DNA from: Octopus sinensis
Taxonomy: Eukaryota
Reading direction: 5' to 3'
Assembly: GCF_006345805.1 (NCBI RefSeq)
Contig: NC_043008.1
Coordinates: forward strand, 66,464,001 to 66,528,000
Length of the DNA: 64,000 nt
The notes beneath the pieces were generated by a model. The model did not search any database, had not been told where the DNA came from, and saw only the letters and a program-made list of their open reading frames with translations. The first letter of the stretch is position 1. The number at the start of each line of letters is the position of its first letter. Positions 25,965-37,827 of the stretch are shown here, one piece after another. A program made the translations under genes and the position numbers.

Positions 25965-26750
25965 TCACACAATGCACCATTCCAAACTCTTTCCTCAGAC
26001 AATGCACTATTCCACACTCTTTCATTAGCTAGCATACCATTCCAACTTTTTCATCAGACAGCATACCATTCCACTCACTTTCATCAGATGACATACCATT
26101 TTATACCCTTTCATCATACAACACACCATTCCACACCTTTTCATCAGACTACACACCATTTCACACTCTTTCTTCATACAACATACCATTTTATACCCTT
26201 TCATCAGACAACATACCATTCCACACTCTTTCATCAAAAACATGCCATTCCATACACCTCCATCAGACAACATAGCATTCTATACATGTTCTTCATACAA
26301 CACACCACTCCACACCCTTTCATCAGACAACACAACATTCTACACTCTTTCATCATACAAGACACCATTCCACACTCTTTCATCATACAAGACACCATTC
26401 TACACTGCTTCATCATACAAGACACCATTCTACACTGTTTCATCATACGAGACCCAGTTTCACACTGTTTCATCATACAAGACACCACTCCACACTGTTT
26501 CATCATACAAGACACCACTCCACACTGATTCATCATACAAGGCACCACTCCACACTGTTTCATCATACAAGGCACCACTCCACACTGATTCATCATACAA
26601 GACACCATTCCACACTGTTTCATCAGACAAGACACCATTCACACTGTTTCATCAGACAAGACACCATTCACACTGTTTCATCATACAAGACATCACTCTG
26701 CACTCGTCATTCCAAACTTTTCCATCATACAACACACCATTCAATACCCT
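25965..26750. repeat. 30-bp minisatellite, about 26 copies
   Basis: Consensus CACACTGTTTCATCATACAAGACACCATTC; produces the 10-aa periodic ORFs (HTVSSYKTPF)n and (MKQCGVVSCM)n. Confidence 0.93.
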
Positions 26751-27259
26751 ATTCCTCACTCTTTCATCTAAAAACACACTCTCTCTCTCTTTTTTTTTCT
26801 CTCTCTCTCCCTCTTTTTCTCTCTCTCTTATTTTACTTCTCACCCCTCCTGGTTCTTCTTTGCTTTTTCTTTCCCATTTTCTCTCACTGTCCATTTCTCT
26901 CTCTATTTCTTCCTCAATTTTTCATTCCACTCCTTTTCTCCAACCACCTTTCCTTATCATCCCACTCACCCTCTTCTTCCATACATCTGAATCCATCTCC
27001 TGACACAATGGTACCTTATCTCCCATCCCAAGTCATCCCATAACACCCAGACATAAATTGACTTAAGATATTTGCAAAAAGGAAAATGAAATGAGATGAG
27101 ATGAGATGGTGTTGGGATGGGTGATTATTTAATCTCCAGAAATTTTAAAAGAAATCAGATTTTATACCACAAACACTGAAATAATAAATCCTTTTATATA
27201 CCACCAACATAGAATTATCTCTGAAGAACAAGAACAGAATTCTTAGACTTTTCAATAAT

Positions 27260-27790
27260 TCTCCCCACTCTCACATCCCTTTTCATTTAGGAATATCATT
27301 GAGATTTTTTCTCTTTTTTTGGTTTTTCTTTTTCAGTATTCATTTTTGTTTTTCCTCTTCAGTGTGTCTTACCATTCTTTCATCTTCAATTTCCTCTTTT
27401 ATTTCTATCTTCTTGAGATTTTAATTTTTTAATTTATTTTTATTCTATTTTTTAATATTTTTTCTTGGACATCTTCATTGTCTTTGTTTTCATCTAAATT
27501 TTTTATCTTCATCTCTCATATCCTTGTCCATTGTGGTCTTTTTCTTCATCTTTTCTTATTATTATCCTTCTCTTCATCTCTTTGTTCTTGTCCTTCTTCT
27601 TCGCTGTTGTGCTTCTCATTCTTTTCTTCTTCATTGTTATCCTCTTCCTCTTTTTCATCCTTATTATCTTCACCTCCGTCTTCCCTTGTTTCTTTACCCC
27701 AGCTCCTGTGACTTCGTTTCTCACTTCTAAATTACCAATTTCCATGGTTGATGCTTCAATCTCTCCATTATTTATTAAAGCCACTTCATG
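27260..27790 (-). pseudogene. Possible decayed E/D/K-rich coding fragment
   Basis: The minus strand can be stitched across frameshifts and stops into MALINNGEIEASTMEIGNLEVRNEVTG.../EDGGEDNKDEKEEEDNNEEEKNEKHNSEEEGQEQ.../DMRDEDKNLDENKDNEDVQEK; could equally be purine-rich simple sequence. Confidence 0.25.
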
Positions 27791-28779
27791 AAATTAAAGA
27801 ATATTTTCTCTAAATGAACTACAAACTGCCAACCATGTCCCCCTTTACCATTACCGCTATCCGGTGTGATAGACAGACAACGTATGTGTTCAAGATTTGA
27901 TTGTGTAAGAAATTCAATATCCTTTTCATGTTAATAAAATCACACACAATAAAAAGAATGGGAGATGGCAGAACTGGTAGAGCAGTAGATAAAATATATT
28001 GTGATATTTATTTGGTTATCTCTTTACCATTCAATGTCCAAATCCGACTCAGGTCAGCTTTACTTTTTGTTTTTTTGTGATCAATAAACTAAAATGCTAA
28101 TTAGTGTAAGTGAGTTTAAGGCTGGCAATTGTCACAGCACTGAGAAAAATGTCTAACAGCATCATCATCATCATCACCATCGTTTAACGTCCGCTTTCCA
28201 TGCTAGCATGGGTTGGACGATTTGATTGAGGTCTGGCAAACTGGATGACTGCACCAGGCTCCAATCTGATCTGGCAGAGTTTCTACAGCTGGGTGCCCTT
28301 CCTAATGCCAACCACTCCGAGAGTGTAGTAGATGCTTTTATGTGCCACCGGCATGAGGGTCAGTCAGGCAGAACTGGCAACAGCCACGCTCAAATGGTGC
28401 TTTTTATGTGCCACCTGCGCAGGAGCCAGTCCAGCGGCACTGGCAACGACCTTGCTCGAATGTTTTTTCACATGCCACCAACACAAGTGCCAGTAAAGTG
28501 ATGCAGGTAACGATCACGCTCAAATGGTGCTTTTTACATGCCACTGGCATTTCTTCCAAATTTACATTCTGAGTTCAAATGCTTTTAGGGTCGATAAAAT
28601 AAGTACCTGTTGACCACTGGGGGTCGATGTAATCGACTTACCCAAAATTGGAAACCAAGTGAGTATACTCATGAAGCTACTGCTCTAGTGTTTTGTTGGG
28701 ACCCTTGTTGTTTTTTGATGAGGTTATTGGCAGGGCTGTGGAGTTGAAACAAAAAACTTTGACTCCGACTCTACCATTG

Positions 28780-29160
28780 GCATTTCTGACTCTTACTATG
28801 ACTCCTCTTTATGTAATTAAGTGATTGTGGTCCACATATCTCAAAGCATATGCATATAAACATCGAATAGTTATGGGAGATTACCAGAATAAAATAATCA
28901 TCAAGGGGTCTATAGATAGGACAAGATACTGTGATAGCCTGGGCTTCAGAGGCCCACAGCTCTTCAATATCCTCCCAAAGAACCTGAGAGACCTGCATGG
29001 GGTGGATGCAGATGTCTTTAAAATAAAACTGGATCTCTTCCTGTCAGGTGTCCCAGATGAACCAACTTCACAGCAGGAGGTGCAGATGAGGGCAGCTGCA
29101 TCGAACTCTCTCATGCACCAAATGGCAATTGCTAAAAAGCATTTGTGAAGTAAAATCATG
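28780..29160 (+). mobile_element. LINE 3' fragment (CR1/L2-group-like ORF2 C-terminus)
   Basis: ORF 28825: SLGFRGPQLFNILPKNLRDLHGVDADVFKIKLDLFLSGVPDEP...RAAASNSL, a typical non-LTR ORF2 tail. Confidence 0.75.
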
Positions 29161-30611
29161 TAGCAACACCAAATGGCGGTGCCCCAGCATGGCCACAGCT
29201 CGTGAGTTGAAACTAGATAAAATAAAATAGAATAAAATAAATATAGTTGAGAACCTTTGGTTTAGGTCATAACTTAGCTTGATCAAAGCTTGTTTGAAAC
29301 TAAGCAACAGCAACAACCAGTAAAACCTAAAACAAACTACTTTATTCCATCTTCTTTATATAGAATATAGAAAGAGATCTCTGTAGGTAAAGTCACCATT
29401 TTAAGAGAGAGGTAAACAGTTTTAGAGTTAATTAATGTATTTGAACCACACACAGTTAATTAACATTTAAAAATTAAATACATGTTAATTGCTCAGAGAT
29501 GCTATAGTTAGTGATTTATTTTCAGCATCCAAAAGTTTTCCCGTTTAGGCTTGTGTACAAATTTTACATCTGTTCACTCTTCATAGCTTCAGCTACCATG
29601 GTGAATTAAATACTTTGCTAAAAAAAAGTAGTGAATCTGAACCATACTTGAAGTTATCTCCAGCATGTACTGAGCAAATTATTAAAATCTAGCTTAGCAT
29701 TGTTTTACTATTGAATATTATGCTCTTCCAAGGCAGTGACCTGGCAGAATCGTTAGCACGCCAGGCAAAATGCTTAGCAGTATTTCGTCTGCCGCTACAT
29801 TCTGAGTTCAAATTCTGCTGATGTCAACTTTGCTATTCATCCTTTCGGGTTCGATTAAATAAGTACCAGTTATGCACTGGGGTTGATATAATCAACTTAA
29901 TCCGTCTGTCTGTCCTTGTTTGTCCTCTCTGTGGGTAGCCCCTTGCGGGTAGTAAAGAAATAGGTATTTTGTCTGCCATTACGTTCTGAGTTCAAATTCT
30001 GCCAAGGTCAACTTTGCCTTTCGGGGTCAATGAATAAAGTACCAGTTGAGCACTGGGGTTGATGTAATCGACTTAATCCCTTTGTCTGTCCTTGTTTGTC
30101 CCCTCTATGTTTAGCCCCTTGTGGGCAATAAAGAAATAAGAATTCTTGGCATGCTGGTAAAAAAGCCTTGTGAGTAGATTTGGTAGACGGAAACTGAAAG
30201 AAGCTCGTCGTATATATGTGTGTTTGCGTTTGTCCCCCCAATATCGTTTGATAACCGATGCTGGTGCGTTTACATCCTCGTAACGTAGCAGTTCAGCAAA
30301 AGACACTGATAGAATAAGTACTAGGCTTACAAAGAATAAGTCCTGGGGCCGATTTACTCGACTAAAGGCGGTGCTCCAGCATGGCTGCAGTCAAATAACT
30401 GAAACAAGTAAAAGAATATATATGTATGTATTAGGGCCAGGTATGGCTATGTCATCAAGAATTTCACTTTGCAACATGGTTCTTAGTTCAGTCCTACTAT
30501 GAGTAGATCTGGTAGTTGTAAACTGAAAGAGGCTTGTTTGTACATGTACATACATTCTCTATCACTTTTCCTCTTTCTGTATCTCTACCCATTTATCTCT
30601 CACACACATAC

Positions 30612-30643
<32 letters not shown>

Positions 30644-30877
30644 GTATGTGTGTATATGTGTATATGTATATATATATAGATAGATAGATAGATAGATATA
30701 GATATATATACATACATATACATGCATAAACATATCTGTATGTTTTAATGTGTCACTATCTTACAAGTGGTAGGATTCGTTTGCAATCTTCTATGAAAGC
30801 ATGTCTGGCCTTTATGTTGTTTGTATTTGAATGACTAAGAGGAAATATTACCATGTTTGAAAACTCATAAAGATTAA

Positions 30878-31317
30878 CCCTTTAGCATGTAAACCAGCTT
30901 TTCTGACCAAAATATTCTACTCGCTTTATGTTCAAACTGGTCATATCCAGCCTCTCACGCCTACCCTATAATGTCATTCTAAAAATAAACAATCACATCA
31001 TTGAAATCTCAAAGCTACAAGATAATGTACAATTAATTCAGAACAATCATCATCATCATCGTTTAACATCTGCTTCCCATGCTGGCATGGGTTGGACGAT
31101 TTGACTGAGGACTGGCGAACCAGATGCCTGCACCAGGCTCCAATCCGATCTGGCAGAGTTTCTACAGCTGGATGCCCTTCCTAATGCCAACCACTCTGAG
31201 AGTGTAGTGGGTGCTTTTATGTGCTACCAGCACTAGGGCCAGTCAGGCGGTACTGGCAACGGCCACGCGTGAACAAATAAGCTTTACAATTGGCAGAGTA
31301 ATCTGAATGCTTAAGGG
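30878..31317 (+). mobile_element. piggyBac-type MITE with a nested retroelement insertion (~31046-31268)
   Basis: TTAA|CCCTTTAGCAT ... AATGCTTAAGGG|TTAA ends; interior matches 57646-57865 apart from the inserted catcatcatcgtttaac... repeat. Confidence 0.8.
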
Positions 31318-31687
31318 TTAATGACAGGAAAAGCATCCAGCCATAGAAACTCTACTTCAATAAATCTTGTCCGACCCTTGCGAGCATACAAATTTGGACG
31401 TAAAAATGATGATGAGACTGGATTAAAATAATAATAAGTCATTGAATTAATAACTTTTCCTTGCCACATAGTTATTTCTAATTAGATTTTTGAGGTTCAC
31501 AGCATTAAAGATATTAACATTAATTTAACTACTTGACTAAATTAGACTGACGGCATTTATTGGTTACTTAACTGACCTCATTATATATCCAGATATGTAG
31601 GTGGTCACATGCTTATTTCTATATGTTCGTGTGTGTGTGTGCATGCATGCATATATATATATATATATGTTTCGTGAAGGCATGTGA

Positions 31688-31738
<51 letters not shown>

Positions 31739-32235
31739 GTGAAGGCATGTGACCTAGTGGTTAGGCTGTTGCACTCATGATCGCTAGATCATGGGTATGA
31801 TTCCCAGATAGGGCAGTGCATTGTGTTCTTGAGCAAAACACTTCATTTCACATTGTTCCAGTCACCCCTTTCAATCAGTGGGGATTGTTGGCCTGCTTGT
31901 CTGGCCAGCAGGGCGGTGTCAATTTAAGGCTAAAACCATGCAAAGTTCATTGTGACCATCGATGTGTAACAACATCTGAGAGCCTGGTCGGTCATGTGAT
32001 CATGAGATATGTTTCCGTCAATGGGTCATGGCCATGCTGGGGCACTGTCTTAAAAGGGTTGAATTGAACGAATTAACCCCATGTTTTGTTTTGTTTTGTT
32101 TTTTTTTTGTTGGTTTTTCATAAGCTGGGTACTTCTAATAATTTCCTTTTGATGAAATGCTAAGTTACAGGGACGTAAATGAATTAATACTGGTTGTCAA
32201 GCTGCGGTGAAGGATAAACACAAACACAAAGACAC

Positions 32236-32267
<32 letters not shown>

Positions 32268-32423
32268 ACGATGTGCCTCTTTCTGTCCATCAAATCTGCT
32301 CATGGTTTTGGTTGCTCCAGGGCTATAGAAGAAGACACTTATCCAAAGTGACACGCAATGGGTTTGAACCAGGAACCATGTACTTGGGGAACAAATTTCT
32401 CACTCCACAAACACATTGGCACC

Positions 32424-32479
<56 letters not shown>

Positions 32480-32689
32480 CATATGTATATGTGTAAGTAT
32501 ATTATTATGATTATTAGGGAATATTACTTCCAAGTACACAGGAAAAAGACATTCAAATTAGATGTACTAAAATGTTTAATTCGTATAGATGAAAGTAGTT
32601 TTAGAGACAGAAACACCTTCAACTTCAAAAAATTTTATACCCGATCACTCCATAAAATGTTAAATATTAAATACAAATAGCAGTGTGGG

Positions 32690-33190
32690 AGCATTCCATT
32701 TTCTCTGCCAGTTCCCTTGTTGTTTGATGAGAATTTTCGTGCAAATGTTGGTTAATCACTATTAATCAAACTCAACTGGACAGCCAGAACGAGGTGTGTT
32801 TTTGAGGTCAAAATTTCCATTTTTGAACTTGGCATACCAATCACGAGCAGTTATTTCAGCTATTGCACCTTCTCCTTACACAGCACAAATGTCACAAACA
32901 GCTTTTGCGGCCTTAGAACCTTGAATAAAAGCAAAAAGGAGGAGCTGTCGAAAATGCTCATTTTTATTAACTTGACATTCCATTTTAATGATCTAAAAAT
33001 AAACAAAAGTGAAACTATTAAAGTGAAAGTATCTGACATTACAATTGTTTCACTTTTGACACGTAATATTAAAATAGTGAAGATATGATATTGCTGTGGG
33101 TTCCCACTAGGCAAGATGTTAAAAAATTGTTTAGCCTACGACTCTACATGGACCCTAAGTAAGCCATGTGTAAAATTTGAATGAAATTAG
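32690..33190 (-). mobile_element. 5' half of a mariner (Hsmar/Mos1-like HTH) transposon
   Basis: From the ATG at 32983 the minus strand reads MECQVNKNEHFRQLLLFAFIQGSKAAKAVCDICAV*GEGAIAEITARDWYAKFKNGNFDLKNTPRSGCPVEFD, a mariner N-terminal DNA-binding region with stops. Confidence 0.88.
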
Positions 33191-33824
33191 TTGTGTAGTT
33201 CTCAAGTTTTAGGGATTCACACACACACATTCTCATCTTTATATTTATATATGTGTATATATATATATGTGGTCAAGCATAGCCTCAGAGCGTTGGGCCT
33301 CACAGAGGCAATGACGAAGGACCGAGATCTCCAGAGATATGCTGTGACTGCAAAGATCCGGGCTGCTTCCTGCACCAGTTCCACATAGCCCCAGCCCATT
33401 GAAAATACCTTGGATTTCAGAACAACCTGCTGGGCTTGAGGAGACCTATTGAGTCAAGTACATGAACATCGAAATAAATATCAAATGGAAATAGTAGTTG
33501 TGATACCTGTGCCGGTGGCACCTAAAAAGCACCATCCGAACGTGGCCGATGCCAGAGCCGCCTTGACTGGCTTCTCTGCTGGTGGCACGTAAAAAGCACC
33601 AACCGATCGTGGTCGCTGCCAGACTCCCCTGGCACCTGTGCCGGTGGCACGTAAAAAGCACCCACTACACTCACGGAGTGGTTGGCGTTAGGAAGGGCAT
33701 CCAGCTGTAGAAACAATGCCAGATCAGACTAGAGCCTGGTGCAGCCTCCTGGCTTCCCAGACCCCGGTAGAACCATCCAACCCGTGCTAGCACGGAAAAC
33801 GGACGTTAAACGATGATGATGATG

Positions 33825-34239
33825 ATGTATATATATATATGTATATATATACATGTATATATAATGTATATATATATGTATATATATATGTATATATATG
33901 TATGTATATATATATGTATATATATATATATGTATATATATATATGTATATATATATATGTGTATGTATATATATTGTGTATATATATATATATATATAT
34001 GTGTGTATATATAATGTATGTATATATAATATGTATATGTATATATATATATATGTATATAAGTATATATGTATATATGTATATGTATATATATATGTAT
34101 ATATATATGTATATATATGTGTGTATGTATGTATGTATATATATATATGTATGTATGTATATATATGTATGTATGTATATATATGTATGTATGTATATAT
34201 ATGTATGTATGTATATATATGTATGTATGTATATATATG

Positions 34240-34285
<46 letters not shown>

Positions 34286-34291
34286 TATATG

Positions 34292-34326
<35 letters not shown>

Positions 34327-34740
34327 GTATATATATATATGTATATATGTATATATATATATGTATATATGTATATATATATATGTATGTATGTATATAT
34401 GTATGTATGTATATATGTATATATGTATGTATGTATATATGTATGTATGTATATATGTATATATATGTATGTATGTATATATAGTATGTATGTATATATA
34501 TGTATGTATGTATGTATATATATGTATGTATGTATATATATGTATGTGTATGTATGTATATATATGTAGTATGTATATATATGTAGTATGTATTGTGTAT
34601 ATATAGTATGTATATATATATGTATATATTATATGTATATAATGTATGTATATATGTATATGTTTGTATGTATATATGTATATATTGTATATATGTATGT
34701 GTATGTATGTATATATATGTATGTATATATTATATATATG

Positions 34741-34779
<39 letters not shown>

Positions 34780-34822
34780 GTATATATATGTATGTATGTA
34801 TATGTATGTATGTATATATATG

Positions 34823-34853
<31 letters not shown>

Positions 34854-35173
34854 GTATGTGTATATATATATATATATGTGTGTATGTGTATATATATATA
34901 TGTATGTGTGTATATATATATATATATATGTATGTATGTGTATATATCAATATATATGTGTATATATCTATATATTATGTATGTATATGTATATGTGTAT
35001 ATATATACGTGTGTATATATATATATGTATATATATATGTATGTGTATATATGTATATATATATGTATATGTGTATATATATACGTGTGTATATATATAT
35101 ATATGTATATATATATGTATGTGTATATATGTATATATATATGTGTATGTGTATATATGTATATATATATGTG

Positions 35174-35209
<36 letters not shown>

Positions 35210-35679
35210 TGTATGTGTATATATGTATATATATATATATGTATGTGTGTATATATATATAGGTGCAGGAGTGGCTGTATGGTAAGTAGCTTGCTAACCA
35301 ACCACATGGTTCCGGGTTCAGTCCCACTACGTGGCATCTTGGGCAAGTGTCTTCTGCTATAGCCCCAGGCCGACCAATGCCTTGTGAGTAGATTTGGTAG
35401 ACGGAAACTGAAAGAAGCCTGTCGTATATATGTGTATGTGTGTGTGTTTGTCCCCCTAGCATTCCTTGACAACCGATGCTGGTGTGTTTACGTCTCCGTC
35501 ACTTAGCGGTTCGGCAAAAGAGCCCGATAGAATAAGTACTGGGCTTACGAAGAATAAGTCCCGGGGTCGATTTGCTCGACTAAAGGCGGTGCTCCAGCAT
35601 GGCCGCAGTCAAATGACCGAAACAAGTAAAAGAGTATATGTATATATATATATATATGTGTGTGTATATATATGTATGT

Positions 35680-35726
<47 letters not shown>

Positions 35727-35740
35727 ATATATATGATATA

Positions 35741-35781
<41 letters not shown>

Positions 35782-35845
35782 GTGTGGTATATATATGTAT
35801 GTGTGTGTATATATATATGTATGTATGTATATATATATATATATA

Positions 35846-35909
<64 letters not shown>

Positions 35910-36365
35910 ATATATATGTATGTGTATATATGTGTGTGTATATATGTGTGTGTATATATATGTGGTGTATATATATATGTGTGTGTATATATATGTGTGT
36001 ATATATATGTGTGTGTGTGTATATTATATGTGTGTGTGTATATATATGTGTGTGTATATATATGTATGTGTGGTGTGTGTGTATATATATATGTTGTGTA
36101 TATATATGTGTGTGTGTATGTGTGTGTGTGTATATATGTATATATATGTGTGTATATATATATTATGTATATATATGTATATATATATATATATGTTGTG
36201 TATATATATATGTGTGTATATATGTATGTGTATATGTGTGTATATATTGTATGTATATATATATATATGTATTATATATATATATGTATGTATATATATA
36301 TATATGTCTATATATATATATAATATTATATATTATATATTATATATATGTCTATTTATATATAT
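33825..36365. repeat. Two large compound TA/TG/TATG microsatellite fields (33825-35260 and 35635-36365) separated by a SINE
   Basis: Direct inspection; a local 18-bp higher-order unit near 34130-34260 gives (VCMYIY)n. Confidence 0.97.
35262..35635 (+). mobile_element. SINE family B, representative near-full copy. Others at about 13610, 24310(-), 30160, 38755(-), 43240, 44580(-) and 46515
   Basis: tRNA-like head gcaggagtggctgtatggtaag...gggttcagtccca; conserved ggcaagtgtcttct core; tail ggcggtgctccagcatggccgcagtcaaatgac-gaaacaagtaaaag. Confidence 0.9.
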
Positions 36366-36400
36366 GGAAAACGGACGCTAAACGATGATGATGATGATGA

Positions 36401-36431
<31 letters not shown>

Positions 36432-37223
36432 ATGTATAATACACACCTATATGTACAGAAGCTATCAGCTTATGGCTGCAACGCTACTGAAGCGGTGCGT
36501 CGAGGATTTAAAGTGTGTGTGTGTGTGTGACGCGGGAACTCATTTATTATAATCACGATTAATGTTGCCAACAGGTTATCAAAATTAGCGGCCGGGGGGG
36601 GGGCAAAACTCTCTTTGCTTTATGATATTGAAAGAGTTTCGTGCCGAAGTGTTCACATTTAACTTGCTTTCACTTTGTGGTTATATGCATATGTGTGAAG
36701 ACATTGTGCGTGCGCGTGTGTGTGTGTGTGTGTGTACTAATAAAGCATTTATTTTTGGTCTGACCGTCCAATCGACAACCAAATGCTCCAGAAAATCAGT
36801 ACTCGACACAATGCAACTGTTATTGACAGTTATCTCCCTTAGAACCTAAATTCGCATTGTTGTTCGCTTCGTTTCATTTTCACAATTTTTTGCTGTTTGA
36901 AAAAGTATTATGCTTTGTCTTGGACATTTGTCAAGAAACAGAAACAGTATAATAACTACTCATACAACTTTACCGCACTGGACAAAACATTTTGTTGCGT
37001 TTCTTCCGGCTTTATGCCCCAAGTTCAAATTCCACCGCGGTCTACTTTGCTTTTCATCCTTTCGGGGTCGATAAAGTAAATTACAGTCGAACACTGAAGC
37101 CGGTGTAATTGACTCCTCTCTCCCTCAAAATTTCAAGATTTGTGCCATTAGCAGAAAAGATTATTATTTGCCTTAAAAGGCGGCGAGCCATGAGTACCAG
37201 CTGAGCAGTGAGGTGATCTAAAC

Positions 37224-37827
37224 CAGTACTACTCAAAGTGGCGGTCTGCGGACCGGTGCCGGTCCGCGAGCCATCAGTTGCCAGTACGCGACGCGTTTCC
37301 AGAAAAGAAAGCAACATTATAAAATGCTTCTAAAATATTGTATTGTTGTATTTAGGGATGGTCATGTTGCCAGTTTAGCCAATCAAACACACGCACTCTA
37401 TATTTGGTGTTATTTTTCTTCAGCTTTATTTTATTTTTATTTTTTTTACATTAATCATAAAAAAAGTTTTTAAAATAAAAGCAAAAAAAGTAAAAACTAT
37501 AATAAATAAAGCTGAAGCAAATTAACACCAAATATATAGTGCGTGTGTTTTATTGGCTAAACTGGCAAGATGACCGTCCCTAAATACAACAATATCTGTT
37601 TCAACACGTATTCACATCAAGGATCTTGCAAAACGAATATATAAACGTAAAAATATTGTAGTATTTGTTTACAAAACAAATATAAGATTTTTTTTTTAAA
37701 TTGTCAACTTTTATTATATTCATTGATTGCAGTATAAATTAATATTCCTAAGAAATATTACCGGTCCCTGGCACATTGGGGTGTGGGGACTGCCAGTACG
37801 CCGCATCAGATAGTTTGAGAAGCACTG
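37224..37827. mobile_element. hAT (Charlie-like) MITE with 8-bp TSD
   Basis: ATCTAAAC is duplicated at 37216-23 and 37828-35; TIRs cagtactactcaaag / gtttgagaagcactg. Confidence 0.85.
37341..37594. mobile_element. Fold-back element (~90-bp arms) nested in the hAT MITE
   Basis: attgttgtatttagggatggtcatgttgccagtttagccaat... is mirrored by ...attggctaaactggcaagatgaccgtccctaaatacaacaat; AT-rich core. Confidence 0.8.
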
